Shown here: piece after piece, positions 54,313 to 64,000 of the stretch | How positions within the stretch are numbered: the stretch's first letter is position 1 | How the letters are laid out: each line of letters begins with the position of its first letter | Source of the DNA: Fidelibacterota bacterium | GTDB lineage: Bacteria > Fidelibacterota > Marinisomatia > Marinisomatales > TCS55 | Assembly (NCBI GenBank): GCA_046861615.1 | Contig: JBHHUS010000002.1 | Location: 473-64,472 of the forward strand | Reading direction: 5' to 3' | DNA length: 64,000 nt | Translations under genes and position numbers: made by a program | The notes under the pieces: generated by a model | The model's input: the letters and a program-made list of their open reading frames with translations, nothing else | What the model was told of the DNA's origin: nothing | Database searches by the model: none

Positions 54313-55282
54313 TTAACCTTCCGGTGATTATCTGTATCAGTTCCAGTAATCCGGCTCCAGAGACAGCGGAAATATCGATCACATATTCTGGTATTCTTTC
54401 CCACTTTTGCTGATCTTGATTATTTTCAGCCAACAGATCGGATTTTGAACGGACGAGAAGAATCGGTTTTAATAGTAAATCCCGATTGAATTGGTACAAT
54501 TCTTCTTTCAGGGATTGGAATACAGTTTTAGGGTTTGATTCACTGCTTTCGATCAGGAACAACAGTAATTTATTCCGTTCAATATGCCGAAGAAATCGAT
54601 GACCCAAACCCTTTCCTTTGGCAGCACCTTCAATCAAACCGGGAATGTCCGCCATGACAAATGATTTGTATTCCCCATATTTTACGATCCCTAAATGCGG
54701 TTCCAGAGTGGTAAAGGGATAATCAGCAATTTTAGGCCGGGCGGCAGATAATACCGAAAGCAACGTCGACTTCCCCGCATTTGGAAGTCCCACCAGACCT
54801 ACGTCCGCGATGACTTTCAGTTCAAATTCGAATAGACCTTTTTCTCCTGGCGTGCCCGGTTGAGCATAACGGGGGGATTGTTTGGTTGCTGTCTTGAACT
54901 GGGTATTCCCTCTTCCTCCCTTTCCACCCTTGCATATAATGACTTCTTTACCTGGTATAGTTACATCGGCCAGAATAGTATTCGTTTTTAAATCCCGGAC
55001 AATCGTTCCCTGCGGGACAGGGATAAGCACATCTTTTCCGTCCCGTCCACTTTTCTGGTTGGAAGACCCCGGTTGACCATTTTCAGCCCGGTAAGCTCGG
55101 GCATAACGAATGTCCCGTAAGGTACGCAAATTTGCATCCACCTTAATAATGATATTTCCACCACGGCCACCGTCGCCACCATCAGGTCCTCCCTTGGGAA
55201 CAAATTTTTCACGACGGAATGACACGGAGCCTGGACCACCATTTCCGGCCTGTAATTCCACCTTGGTATAATCAATGAACAC
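54302..55282 (-). CDS. obg: GTPase Obg/CgtA (short form, no C-terminal extension)
   Basis: 326-aa ORF with a Gly-rich Obg fold (GGDGG.GG), G1 GLPNAGKST and G3 DIPGLIEGA. Confidence 0.95.
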   Translation of the reverse strand: MFIDYTKVELQAGNGGPGSVSFRREKFVPKGGPDGGDGGRGGNIIIKVDANLRTLRDIRYARAYRAENGQPGSSNQKSGRDGKDVLIPVPQGTIVRDLKTNTILADVTIPGKEVIICKGGKGGRGNTQFKTATKQSPRYAQPGTPGEKGLFEFELKVIADVGLVGLPNAGKSTLLSVLSAARPKIADYPFTTLEPHLGIVKYGEYKSFVMADIPGLIEGAAKGKGLGHRFLRHIERNKLLLFLIESSESNPKTVFQSLKEELYQFNRDLLLKPILLVRSKSDLLAENNQDQQKWERIPEYVIDISAVSGAGLLELIQIITGRLNES

Positions 55283-55348
55283 TGGATTCAGCCTGTATTT
55301 TTTTCATCAGGTGTTTCTCTGAAAATTCTTTCCAAAAGATAATGAATT

Positions 55349-55370
55349 GGAATGAATTCTAATTCATTCC
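55349..55370 (-). terminator. Hairpin downstream of icd
   Basis: GGAATGAAT/ATTCATTCC 9-bp stem with a 4-nt loop. The tail on the minus strand is only moderately T-rich. Confidence 0.35.
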
Positions 55371-55436
55371 GCAAACTAATATTAGAACAGCTTTTTAAAA
55401 CAGAAAAGGGGGATGATTTCGCTTTTTACGCCGGAT

Positions 55437-56672
55437 TCAGGACGGCATATGGGCAATAATTGCATCCCCAAAGCCAGAACACGATACCTTAGTGGCCCCC
55501 TCCATCAGCCGGTGAAAATCATAAGTAACAGTCTTGGCATTGATGGCGCCTTTAATCCCGGCATTGATTAATTCAGCAGCTTCCTGCCAGCCTAAATATT
55601 CCAACATCATGACACCGGATAGAATCAGGGATGATGGATTCACCTTATCCTGCCCGGCATATTTGGGGGCTGTTCCATGAGTAGCCTCGAAAATAGCACA
55701 ACCAGTGTTGTAATTGATATTGGCTCCCGGGGCAATCCCAATCCCGCCGACAATGGCGGCCAAGGCGTCTGAAATATAGTCTCCGTTGAGATTAAGGGTA
55801 GCAATGATATCGTATTCTGCCGGTCGCGTAAGAATCTGCTGTAAAAAGGCGTCTGCAATCATATCTTTAATAATCAGCGGGTGTCCGTCCTTTTCAAGCA
55901 CCTGCCAGGGGCCCCCTTCGTAATCAACCGCGCCAAATTCCCGTTTTGTTAATTCGTAACCCCAATCCCGGAATTTGCCTTCGGTAAATTTCATAATATT
56001 ACCTTTATGAACCAGGGTAAGGGATTCACGCTTGTGTTCCAGAGCATAATGAACGGCAGATCTCACTAAGCGCTCAGTGCCCTCTAAACTGACCGGTTTT
56101 ACTCCGATAGAAGCTGTTTTGGGAAATCGGATTTTATTTACTCCCATTTCATCGGTCAGAAAATCAATCACCTGCTCACATTCCGGGGTGCCGTTCAGCC
56201 ATTCAATCCCCGCATAAATATCCTCAGCGTTTTCCCGAAAGATAACCATATCGACCAGTTCCGGCCGCTTCACCGGTGAGGGAACTCCTTTAAACCAGCG
56301 CACTGGACGCACGCAGGCAAATAAATCCAGTCGTTGACGGAGAGCTACATTCAATGAACGAATGCCACCACCGATCGGTGTTGTTAAAGGTCCTTTAATG
56401 GCTACCAGGTATTTTCGGATGATTTCCAGGGTATTCTCCGGTAACCAGGATCCGGTTTTGTTGAACGCTTTTTCACCAGCATAAATTTCCAACCATTGAA
56501 TTTCGCGTTGACCGGAATATGCTTTTTCAACAGCTGCATTTAAAACCCGCGCAGTGGCACCCCAGATATCCGGGCCGGTACCATCCCCTTCAATAAATGG
56601 AATTACCGGATGATCGGGTACCTGCAAACTCCCATTATTAAACTGAATAATTTCCCGCTTTTTAACAGTCAT
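55437..56672 (-). CDS. icd: Isocitrate dehydrogenase (NADP-dependent, homodimeric prokaryotic type)
   Basis: 411-aa ORF with the isocitrate/isopropylmalate dehydrogenase signature [13 protein letters not shown] and typical Icd N- and C-termini. Confidence 0.94.
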   Translation of the reverse strand: MTVKKREIIQFNNGSLQVPDHPVIPFIEGDGTGPDIWGATARVLNAAVEKAYSGQREIQWLEIYAGEKAFNKTGSWLPENTLEIIRKYLVAIKGPLTTPIGGGIRSLNVALRQRLDLFACVRPVRWFKGVPSPVKRPELVDMVIFRENAEDIYAGIEWLNGTPECEQVIDFLTDEMGVNKIRFPKTASIGVKPVSLEGTERLVRSAVHYALEHKRESLTLVHKGNIMKFTEGKFRDWGYELTKREFGAVDYEGGPWQVLEKDGHPLIIKDMIADAFLQQILTRPAEYDIIATLNLNGDYISDALAAIVGGIGIAPGANINYNTGCAIFEATHGTAPKYAGQDKVNPSSLILSGVMMLEYLGWQEAAELINAGIKGAINAKTVTYDFHRLMEGATKVSCSGFGDAIIAHMPS

Positions 56673-56926
56673 TTGGTTTCATCTTTTGTTTCTTTAGCTT
56701 TAGCATTTTTTGATTCCTGTTTGGTTTCCGTCTTGGAACCGTTTTTCCGGGCATAATCGGTAATATAAAAACCGGAACCCTTAAAAATTAATCCGGTACC
56801 ACCACTGACTAACCGCCGTACTTCACCTCCACAATGGGGGCACACTTTTAGCGGTTCATCAGACATGGCCTGAAACAGTTCAAACGTTTGTTTACAATGA
56901 TTGCATTTGTAATCGTATGTCGGCAT
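56669..56926 (-). CDS. FmdB-family zinc-ribbon protein
   Basis: The start was chosen at [11 protein letters not shown]. Two CxxC pairs are present (C.HC ... CPHCGG). It overlaps icd by 4 nt. Confidence 0.75.
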   Translation of the reverse strand: MPTYDYKCNHCKQTFELFQAMSDEPLKVCPHCGGEVRRLVSGGTGLIFKGSGFYITDYARKNGSKTETKQESKNAKAKETKDETK

Positions 56927-57023
56927 GTAAAACCTGAATTTCAAAAGAAAAATAAGGGCTTGAATTTAGAATTAAATTGGAATAGATATAAAGGAATGAA
57001 GTAAACGAAAAATAATAATCAGA

Positions 57024-57506
57024 TCAGGGAAGACCGAATTTTAGTTTTAGCTGTTCCAAGACCCCTGAAGGTACATAGTTGTGTATATCACCTTCCAACT
57101 TAGCTACATCCTTTACCACCGTTGAGTTCAGATGAATGAATTTTTCAGACGGCAACATCAATAGAGTTGTAATATCCGGATTGAGATGATAATTCATCAT
57201 AGCCATCTGAAATTCCAGTTCAAAATCAGAAACGTGGCGTAAACCTCTGATCAGAACACAGGCTTTTTGCTCCCGAGCGAAATCCGCCACCAGACCGGTT
57301 GTGGACATGGCAGAAACATTTTGGATGTCGCTGGTGGCATTCAGGATCATTTCCACCCGTTCTTCCGCCGTGAAAAGTGGCTCCTTCCCTAAATTGACAG
57401 CCACAGCAAAAATAAGCCGGTCAAACAAACGGGATGCTCGTCCGGCAATATCAATATGACCATTATGAACCGGATCAAAAGTTCCGGGATAAATCGCTAT
57501 TCTCAT
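57024..57506 (-). CDS. coaD: Phosphopantetheine adenylyltransferase
   Basis: 160-aa ORF with GTFDPVHNGHIDI and overall CoaD-like sequence. Confidence 0.95.
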   Translation of the reverse strand: MRIAIYPGTFDPVHNGHIDIAGRASRLFDRLIFAVAVNLGKEPLFTAEERVEMILNATSDIQNVSAMSTTGLVADFAREQKACVLIRGLRHVSDFELEFQMAMMNYHLNPDITTLLMLPSEKFIHLNSTVVKDVAKLEGDIHNYVPSGVLEQLKLKFGLP

Positions 57507-58015
57507 GTTTCTCGTTTCCAGATACTGATTTGGGTTCCACCATAGGTCTTAACCCTGGTCGGGGAAATTGGGAATACTTTAACGGAACTTTCAAGTATAA
57601 AACGTCCATCTTGATTTAATTTTTTCAAACTTGCCTCAATCAGGTCATCCAGAAATTGATAACCATAGGGTGGATCGGCAAAAATGAGATCATAGCAATC
57701 ACAGGATTTTATAAATCTAATTACGTCCATCCGGACAATCTGCGCCTTCAAATTCTTGAACTGAAGTGTATTCGCTCTTAACAATTTAATAACCAGTGAA
57801 TGATAGTCAACGAAAGTAATTCCTGAGGCACCACGGCTGGCAGCTTCAAACCCCAGGATTCCCGAACCGGCAAATAAATCCAGGACTTGATACCCAGAGA
57901 TATCTCCCAGCAGGTCAAACAGACTTTTCCGAACCCTGGAAGCAGTAGGCCGATATGGGGCTTTCTTCAGGGTTTTAATGGGAAGACCGCCGTATCGCCC
58001 ACCCAAAATCTGCAT
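57503..58015 (-). CDS. rsmD: 16S rRNA (guanine966-N2)-methyltransferase RsmD
   Basis: The start was chosen at MQILGGRYGG because the ORF upstream of it overlaps the preceding gene. SAM motif DLFAGSG and the DPPY box (FADPPYGY) are present. Confidence 0.88.
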   Translation of the reverse strand: MQILGGRYGGLPIKTLKKAPYRPTASRVRKSLFDLLGDISGYQVLDLFAGSGILGFEAASRGASGITFVDYHSLVIKLLRANTLQFKNLKAQIVRMDVIRFIKSCDCYDLIFADPPYGYQFLDDLIEASLKKLNQDGRFILESSVKVFPISPTRVKTYGGTQISIWKRET

Positions 58016-58025
58016 TTTATAATTC

Positions 58026-59756
58026 TCAATCTCCCTCACTGAACGGGGGATTCTCAAAAATAGAAATAAAAAACACCGCCACCTGATTTGGTTCTAACGG
58101 ATCAGAAGAATAAATAAATTTTTCCACAACAATATTTCGACCGGATAAGAACAATTTTTGGATCACCCCCAAAATCATTGGTTTGGTACTAACCTGTAAA
58201 ATAACCGGTACCTGAGAGTAACCGGCAAAATTCTTGGGAGTCAGCGTTTTGTAATTAACCAGCGCTGAATCAATCCTAATGGTGTTAAAGAATTCACTGC
58301 TATTGATTGGCCGATAGTTTGCGAGTGGTTGGATTTGTTTTGGTTTCAACACAATTTTATGCTCATATCCACCGCAACAATCAATCTTCACGGTCTGGGA
58401 TGATTTAATTTCACCGATAGAATCCAGTGGTAGGAATACATCTTTAGTACCACCGAAAATCAACAGCATAGTATCTGCTTCAGAGATAATAGTAAATAAA
58501 TCATTTTCATTGAATAATTTTAAAGTATTCGAAACCGATTTCAGAATGTTCACCGAATAACGGCGATATGTTTTTATCACCGAAGATGTCAAAAAATCAC
58601 TTTCCGATCCAACCATTAGTTTAGCGGGCTGAGTTTTATTCGAGCCTGATTTGTCACTGGGTTCCGGGGGAGCCACTTTATTCATGTAAATGATACCCAC
58701 TAAAAAGGCCAGTAAAATAATTGTTATCCCGATGGAGTACACTTTTTGTATCCGCTTTGATTTTACTTTTTTAACAACTCGTTTTGGTTTGACGCTCTTC
58801 TTTATGGAAGTGGGTACTGGTGTTTTCGGCTCCGGAGGAGGTTTAACCGGAATGGACTGAATTCCTTGATCTCCGAAAAAATTCAACTGGTTCTGCTTAG
58901 GTTTCACTCCGGCATAGAGTGCGCGGGTAATGGTTAAAAGATGCTTCGGAATAGTTTTATCAACTGGAATTCCCTCTAAATCCAGCCCTTCCAAACCTGA
59001 CAGGATGGTAGAATTTAACGATTTGAAATTGTCCAACCATTTATCAGAAAATCCGGCACCAATATAAATAGAATAATCCGGTAGATCTTCTTCACTAAGA
59101 GACCCGGTAGTCGGCGTCACTTTCCATTGTCCCCGGAGTAATTTTAATGAACCGGAAGCTGAACCGTTTTCAGATTGTGAATGGAAACGAACCGCGTTTC
59201 CTTTGGGGAATAACACCATGCAACCTTTTTCCGGTTCCAGACCAAAAAATACACTCGATTCAGTCCCCATCCACTCCGGAGCTGCTCCCTGCTCAGCAAT
59301 GATTAATTTAATCGGTTCGATTAATTTAGATTGAATTGCCAGAAGTATTAACTGAGGCCGGTCATATCGATAAATACGACCGAATAATGCCAATTTTGAA
59401 TCGGGAACGGAACCCCATCTTTGTTTAAAGGTCCATTCCGCCAAGGCCCAACCATCGGAGTCACCCATTGTTTTGTCCATTTGGATGGATACGGTCCTAA
59501 CAAAATCGTTGGGAAGTGTGACGTAAATTTGTTCCCGTTCCAAGGAGACCTCATCCCGAATCTGTTGGAGAGCCGAACTGAATACAGAAACCAATTCCGC
59601 TTCAGAATTCCATACACCTTTCAATGGATGAGGAAACGGTTTATAAGAAATACCGGTCAGTAAGGAACCCAGTTCAGTATGGGTCCACTGTGCGCATAGT
59701 AAATGATGATCAGTTATTGCAAGATGGATCACGTACCAGGACCTTACTGGTCCCAA
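58026..59756 (-). CDS. Hypothetical bitopic membrane protein (cytoplasmic N-domain, Pro/Lys linker, TM, external C-domain)
   Basis: 576-aa ORF with a single TM helix VYSIGITIILLAFLVGIIYM. The architecture is reminiscent of PilM-PilN/O-type assembly-platform fusions, but no motif can be verified by eye. Confidence 0.6.
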   Translation of the reverse strand: MGPVRSWYVIHLAITDHHLLCAQWTHTELGSLLTGISYKPFPHPLKGVWNSEAELVSVFSSALQQIRDEVSLEREQIYVTLPNDFVRTVSIQMDKTMGDSDGWALAEWTFKQRWGSVPDSKLALFGRIYRYDRPQLILLAIQSKLIEPIKLIIAEQGAAPEWMGTESSVFFGLEPEKGCMVLFPKGNAVRFHSQSENGSASGSLKLLRGQWKVTPTTGSLSEEDLPDYSIYIGAGFSDKWLDNFKSLNSTILSGLEGLDLEGIPVDKTIPKHLLTITRALYAGVKPKQNQLNFFGDQGIQSIPVKPPPEPKTPVPTSIKKSVKPKRVVKKVKSKRIQKVYSIGITIILLAFLVGIIYMNKVAPPEPSDKSGSNKTQPAKLMVGSESDFLTSSVIKTYRRYSVNILKSVSNTLKLFNENDLFTIISEADTMLLIFGGTKDVFLPLDSIGEIKSSQTVKIDCCGGYEHKIVLKPKQIQPLANYRPINSSEFFNTIRIDSALVNYKTLTPKNFAGYSQVPVILQVSTKPMILGVIQKLFLSGRNIVVEKFIYSSDPLEPNQVAVFFISIFENPPFSEGD

Positions 59757-60505
59757 CTTTTAGTGCCATCATCGATATATCCATGATTTTCAGCTTCAAA
59801 GGCAAAAACCAGATAACGCTTATCAACCACCGGTTTTTTGATGGGACTTTCCACCCTGACAGCACTACTTCCTTCCTTGATTTTGATTATATAGGGTTCG
59901 CGTGTAACGGGACAATAATTCATACTGGAGTCGGGCATATAAGAATCGTAATAATTTACGAACTCAACCCGCTGGGAAGGTACTTCTTCCAACAGGGCGA
60001 TAAAATTGGAATCACTCATTAATTTAGTCAGCCTTCTTTTCTGAACATACATAGTATCATTACGTGACAAATCTTCTGAATAAACCACAATGGTGGCGAT
60101 GGTATCAACAATAGTATCCCGGCGAGTCATGGGAAAGCCGAAGGTAGTATCGTAATCAACATCGAATCCCATCGGAACCGCAACGGAAAAATTCTTATTA
60201 TCCAGAGATATACGTTGTTCGCCCACATAGGTTGAATCACCCGTGAGGGAATCGCGCACCGAGTTTACTACTTTCATAGCCCATAAACCGTTGGTGGTAT
60301 AACCATTCATCAATTGATAATAAAATGACTCTAAATTATAAATATTCTCCAGATTGAAATGGCTTTTATTCTCATAAAATTCCTCTTCATCCCAGATCGC
60401 CCGGGGAACATAAATACTGATTACAAGGAAAATAAATCCGAACAAAATCGCGAATTCCAGTAAATCATTGTACAATTTTTTCTTTTTCTTTAAGTCATCC
60501 GTCAT
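59744..60505 (-). CDS. Hypothetical protein with pilin-like N-terminal hydrophobic helix
   Basis: 253-aa ORF. A Lys-rich N-terminus is followed by LLEFAILFGFIFLVISIYV (a Glu-containing helix). No canonical prepilin G/F cleavage motif. Confidence 0.6.
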   Translation of the reverse strand: MTDDLKKKKKLYNDLLEFAILFGFIFLVISIYVPRAIWDEEEFYENKSHFNLENIYNLESFYYQLMNGYTTNGLWAMKVVNSVRDSLTGDSTYVGEQRISLDNKNFSVAVPMGFDVDYDTTFGFPMTRRDTIVDTIATIVVYSEDLSRNDTMYVQKRRLTKLMSDSNFIALLEEVPSQRVEFVNYYDSYMPDSSMNYCPVTREPYIIKIKEGSSAVRVESPIKKPVVDKRYLVFAFEAENHGYIDDGTKSWDQ

Positions 60506-60510
60506 GAATA

Positions 60511-60921
60511 TCAGTCCTTAGTTGTTAAATAATTTTTTATTTTTTCAAATGTTTTCTCACCAATTCCCTTAACTTGTTTTAGGTCTTCGATGGATGAGAA
60601 AGAACCGAAATCTTTACGAAACTGAATAATCCGCTCGGCCATAACCGGCCCAATCCCGGGAACGGTCATCAATTCAGCTTTTTTAGAATTATTGATATTA
60701 ACGATTTTTAATAACTGATTCTGCTCATTTTCTGCCTGAGTATCTGATATGGCTTGATTTTGAATCAGTTCTGTCTTCTCCTGAAAAGCTCTTAAGTCAA
60801 CGACCGGCTCCGGTGTTTGCTCCCCCCAGAAATGACGGTAAAAGGTAACGACTGTTCCCAGTAAAAGAATTCCAGTTAAAAACCTGATAATCATTTTTTC
60901 CTGGTTCGTAAACAAATTCAA
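60511..60921 (-). CDS. comEA: Competence protein ComEA (helix-hairpin-helix DNA receptor)
   Basis: 136-aa ORF with an N-terminal TM helix and two HhH motifs ([12 protein letters not shown] ; [12 protein letters not shown]). Confidence 0.88.
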   Translation of the reverse strand: MNLFTNQEKMIIRFLTGILLLGTVVTFYRHFWGEQTPEPVVDLRAFQEKTELIQNQAISDTQAENEQNQLLKIVNINNSKKAELMTVPGIGPVMAERIIQFRKDFGSFSSIEDLKQVKGIGEKTFEKIKNYLTTKD

Positions 60922-62030
60922 TCCAACTCCATCCGTTTAAATACCGTTTTCGTCTGTCCGTTCAATGCATCCAACTCTTCAAATAATTTCTTTTGTTGTC
61001 GGTTGAGAGACCGGGGTGTATCCACTTGAATTCGAACCAACTGGTCACCGCGTGAATTGCCTCTCAATTTTGGGAACCCCTTCCCCCGCATCCTTAAGAC
61101 CTGTCCTGATTGAATACCCGGCGGTATCTTCAACTTAGCTTTCCCGTTCAGAGTTGGCACCTCTAATGTCATTCCCAACACCGCCTGGGTCACATTCAAA
61201 TGGGCTTCAGTAAAAATGTCATCATTATGCCGGGTAAAAATTGGATGTTCCCGCTCTTCGAAATAGACAATCAAATCCCCCGGAGTATGTCCCCTCGGCC
61301 CCTTATTGCCCTGTCCTTTTAAAGTCATATAATTCCCGGAAGCCACACCAGGAGGTACTTTCACTTTGATTTCAACGGTTTTTCGAACAACACCATTGCC
61401 GCCGCATTGGTGGCATGGACGCTCAATCATTTCTCCGCTGCCATTGCAGATGGGACATTCGCGGACAACCACCGATTGACCAAAGAATGACTGAGATACC
61501 TGTCGTACCTGTCCAGAGCCACCGCACTGACGGCAAGTGGAAGGTTTTGTTCCGGGATAGGCACCAGTTCCGTGACATTCATCACAGGTCTCTAATCTTT
61601 TTACTTTTAATTTTTGGGTTGTACCATTGAATATATCTTCATAATTCAACTTGAGTTTTACTCTCAAATCAGCACCATGGCGTACCTGTGTTCTTTGTCT
61701 TCCTCCTCCGAAAAAACTCTCAAAGGGATCAAACCCACCAAAAATGTCCCCGAAACTGCGGAATATTTCATCCATCGACATATGCATTCCCGCACCACCC
61801 GTATCTCCCAGACCAACTCCTGCATGACCGAATTGATCGTATTGCGCCCGTTTCTGCCCATCACTTAAAATGGAATACGCTTCTGCCGCTTCCTTAAATT
61901 TTCGTTCCGCCTCCTTGTCACCCGGATTCTTGTCCGGATGATATTTCATAGCGATTTTGCGATACGCTTTTTTTATCTCATCCCTAGAAGCATTTTTTGA
62001 GAGGCCCAGTATTTCATATAAGTCCCTCAT
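60918..62030 (-). CDS. dnaJ: Molecular chaperone DnaJ
   Basis: 370-aa ORF with the J-domain HPD (KYHPDKNP), a G/F region and four CxxCxGxG zinc motifs. Confidence 0.97.
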   Translation of the reverse strand: MRDLYEILGLSKNASRDEIKKAYRKIAMKYHPDKNPGDKEAERKFKEAAEAYSILSDGQKRAQYDQFGHAGVGLGDTGGAGMHMSMDEIFRSFGDIFGGFDPFESFFGGGRQRTQVRHGADLRVKLKLNYEDIFNGTTQKLKVKRLETCDECHGTGAYPGTKPSTCRQCGGSGQVRQVSQSFFGQSVVVRECPICNGSGEMIERPCHQCGGNGVVRKTVEIKVKVPPGVASGNYMTLKGQGNKGPRGHTPGDLIVYFEEREHPIFTRHNDDIFTEAHLNVTQAVLGMTLEVPTLNGKAKLKIPPGIQSGQVLRMRGKGFPKLRGNSRGDQLVRIQVDTPRSLNRQQKKLFEELDALNGQTKTVFKRMELD

Positions 62031-62554
62031 GACGGTGTCTGGTTTACAACAACCTTGGCGTGGCGAATAACACGGTTTTTATATCGGTATCCCTTTTCAA
62101 AAACTTCAAGAATCTCATTCTCCTGCTTTCCCTTTTCCGCTTTCATCATTAAAGCGTCATGAAGATTCGGATCCAAGACTTCACCAGGTTCTGCGAATGG
62201 CTTAACCTTCAACTCGTTAAAACGTTTTTGGATTTTATTCAAAATTAATTGAACGCCTTCTTTCAGTTTTTTTGAATTAGAATCACTATTCTGCTCAACC
62301 GCTGCTGACAATCGTTCCAAATCATCAATTACTGGAAGAAATAATTTAATTACTTCAGCTCCGTCATAGGTCAGTAAATCGATTATTTCCTTTTCCTTTC
62401 TTCGGCGGAAATTTTCAAATTCAGCTTTCAAGCGTAAATGGCGGTCTTGTAATTCCTTAAACTCTTTTTTCAGGGAATCCAGTTCTTTAATAAGCTTTTT
62501 GCCAGGGGTCGCAGATTTTTTACGAATCGTTTTTCGTTTCTCTGAACCGGTCAT
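62027..62554 (-). CDS. grpE: Nucleotide exchange factor GrpE
   Basis: The start was chosen at MTGSEKRK to avoid overlap with hrcA. Coiled-coil N-terminus and GrpE C-terminal pattern (LDP..H.A.......E...I.EV..KGY.....VIR.A.V.V). Confidence 0.92.
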   Translation of the reverse strand: MTGSEKRKTIRKKSATPGKKLIKELDSLKKEFKELQDRHLRLKAEFENFRRRKEKEIIDLLTYDGAEVIKLFLPVIDDLERLSAAVEQNSDSNSKKLKEGVQLILNKIQKRFNELKVKPFAEPGEVLDPNLHDALMMKAEKGKQENEILEVFEKGYRYKNRVIRHAKVVVNQTPS

Positions 62555-62567
62555 TTTTCTCGTCTGT

Positions 62568-63599
62568 TTAGAGGACAAAGGGTAAAACCTCCGCAAATTG
62601 ATTTAATAGTGTTTGGATACTTTGATAGGGTAAACGCGTGGGGCCAACAATTCCCAACTGACCGTTAATACCACTGCTACTGAAAGATGTTGTTAGAATG
62701 GAACATTCAGTTAAATGTTGATCATGGATTTCATAACCGATGTAAGCACAGGGTGGTTTTTCAATTAATGCCCGTTTAAAAATTTCAGAAAGATACTGTT
62801 TTTCCAATGCCGGTAATAAACGCTGATAGGAAACCAGATTCTGAAATTCAGGTTGTTTAAGTATTTCATTAGGTGAAGATGTATAAAATAATTTATTCGG
62901 TTCAATACTGAAGTTTTCGTGTGGATCATCCAACAGGATTTGCACTATTTCATGATGATAAATCTCGGTATCCCGCAGCCGATCCTTAATGGATAATTGA
63001 ATTTTTTTCAGCGGTATCCCCACCAATCGATCTTTAAGGATCTGAGTAATCAAATCCAGATAGCGCGCATCTACATTTACGTCCAGATTCAGCACAATCG
63101 ACCGGACTAAACCAGATTCAGTTGCTAAAATTAACATGACACGCTTTGATTGCAGCAGGACCAGTTCGATATCGGAAAGGATACTTTGCTCATACTTTGC
63201 TACCCAGACAATCCCAAACAGGTGGCTGATTTTTGCCAGCATCATGGCAGTGGCATTCAATAATTCATCCACATTGGAAGCAATAGTAACTAGATTTTCC
63301 GCAATCTTTTCAGGCAGGACCGAAATAGACGGATTCCGAGATTGAACTGAATCCACATAATAACGATAGCCAAAATCGGTTGGGACGCGTCCACTGGAGG
63401 TGTGGATATGTTTTAAAAACCCCTTCTTTTCCAGATTGGCCAGTGTTGTCCGAATTGTGGCTGGTGAAATGGTAAAACCATACCTTTTCTTCAAATAATT
63501 GGATGAAACGGGAACGGTAGTTTGAATGAATGATTCCACCGTGGCAAACAGGATTTGGGCTTCCCGATCACTCAAATTCGGTATATTTATTATCGTCAT
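62568..63599 (-). CDS. hrcA: Heat-inducible transcription repressor HrcA
   Basis: 343-aa ORF with a winged-helix N-terminus (SS..L........SPATIR...A.LE..G.L...HTSSGR.PT). It heads hrcA-grpE-dnaJ. Confidence 0.9.
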   Translation of the reverse strand: MTIINIPNLSDREAQILFATVESFIQTTVPVSSNYLKKRYGFTISPATIRTTLANLEKKGFLKHIHTSSGRVPTDFGYRYYVDSVQSRNPSISVLPEKIAENLVTIASNVDELLNATAMMLAKISHLFGIVWVAKYEQSILSDIELVLLQSKRVMLILATESGLVRSIVLNLDVNVDARYLDLITQILKDRLVGIPLKKIQLSIKDRLRDTEIYHHEIVQILLDDPHENFSIEPNKLFYTSSPNEILKQPEFQNLVSYQRLLPALEKQYLSEIFKRALIEKPPCAYIGYEIHDQHLTECSILTTSFSSSGINGQLGIVGPTRLPYQSIQTLLNQFAEVLPFVL

Positions 63600-63668
63600 A
63601 GCGGCGGAAATTAGACGATCGTCAAATCTGCAGTCAAGGTTGATTTAATAATCATAGTAAAGAACCAA

Positions 63669-64000
63669 TTATTTAAGAAATCGTGATGTGGCCCGGCTGC
63701 TGCCAAAATAACTGATGACTATTCCCAGGCCGATCAACCATCCCAGTAAAAGCAATGGATTATATGAAAATTCTACGGAGATAAAAGATTTTGAAACCCG
63801 GTTAACAAAGGTAGTCCCACCAATTAACAGACCTGCAGCCAATAAACTGCCCAGAAAACCCTGTAATATTCCTTCAATAACAAACGGTGCTTTCACAAAA
63901 GAACGGGTTGCCCCGATTAATTGAAGTGCTTTTATAAGCTCCTTTTTTGCGTAAATCGTTAGTCGCAAAGTATTAGAGATGATGATCACTGCAATCCCCA
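63669..64000 (-). CDS. ftsX: Cell-division ABC transporter permease FtsX (3' part; gene continues beyond the window)
   Basis: C-terminal FtsX pattern (I...L.L.GAT..F...PF..EG...G..G). The reading frame stays open to the window edge. Confidence 0.8.
   Translation of the reverse strand, partial: GIAVIIISNTLRLTIYAKKELIKALQLIGATRSFVKAPFVIEGILQGFLGSLLAAGLLIGGTTFVNRVSKSFISVEFSYNPLLLLGWLIGLGIVISYFGSSRATSRFLK

Noticed and set aside
63600-63668. Looked for a CIRCE operator (TTAGCACTC-N9-GAGTGCTAA) upstream of hrcA
   Set aside because: Only TTAGACGATCGTCAAATCTGCAGTCAA is present, with a GACGATCGTC palindrome. It matches the consensus arms poorly, so no CIRCE is called. The operator may be divergent or located elsewhere.

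Overview
This is a compact bacterial chromosome segment that looks moderately AT-rich by eye, with no rRNA and no CRISPR array. It holds about 60 protein genes, nearly all on the minus strand, with very short or overlapping junctions. Only a Na+:alanine symporter, an inositol-monophosphatase-family gene, tRNA-Leu and one small ORF are on the plus strand.

Housekeeping content:
- ald
- rimP-nusA-infB-rbfA-truB-ribF-rpsO-pnp
- gpsA and an acyl-CoA ligase
- lepB
- comEC followed by an rnhB-yraN fusion
- an FAH-family hydrolase plus a degenerate PurL-like gene
- pgsA-pgpA-cinA-thpR-recA-recX
- SRP RNA-dnaX-ybaB-recR
- dprA, obg, icd, coaD, rsmD
- hrcA-grpE-dnaJ-comEA
- a partial ftsX at the right edge

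RNA genes: tRNA-Arg(CCT), tRNA-Leu(CAA), tRNA-Ala(CGC), tRNA-Ser(GCT), and a long Alu-domain (Bacillus-type) SRP RNA.

Most notable observations:
1. An unlisted SelW/Rdx-family selenoprotein gene with an in-frame UGA in a CxxU motif (35021..35254). It heads a small operon of unknown exported proteins.
2. A perfect 218-bp block repeated with a 337-bp period. It duplicates the 3' end of tRNA-Ser plus a small GIY-YIG nuclease gene, and the breakpoint lies at the TTC|GAA centre of the T-loop. This may be a minimal tRNA-targeting selfish cassette.
3. A tightly coupled envelope operon (40957..48549). It encodes a peptidase-MA/PD40/Omp85 fusion, two paralogous FN3+propeller lipoproteins and a PEGA protein. 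Next to it is a FecR / acidic linker / TSP3 beta-barrel protein.
4. A pair of paralogous small acidic coiled-coil proteins in two separate small operons.

Limits: taxon cannot be assigned from sequence alone. The Omp85-type barrels and lipoproteins imply a diderm, and an uncultivated FCB-like lineage is only a guess. All family calls rest on motifs read by eye, with no database search run. RNA ends are approximate to a few nucleotides.
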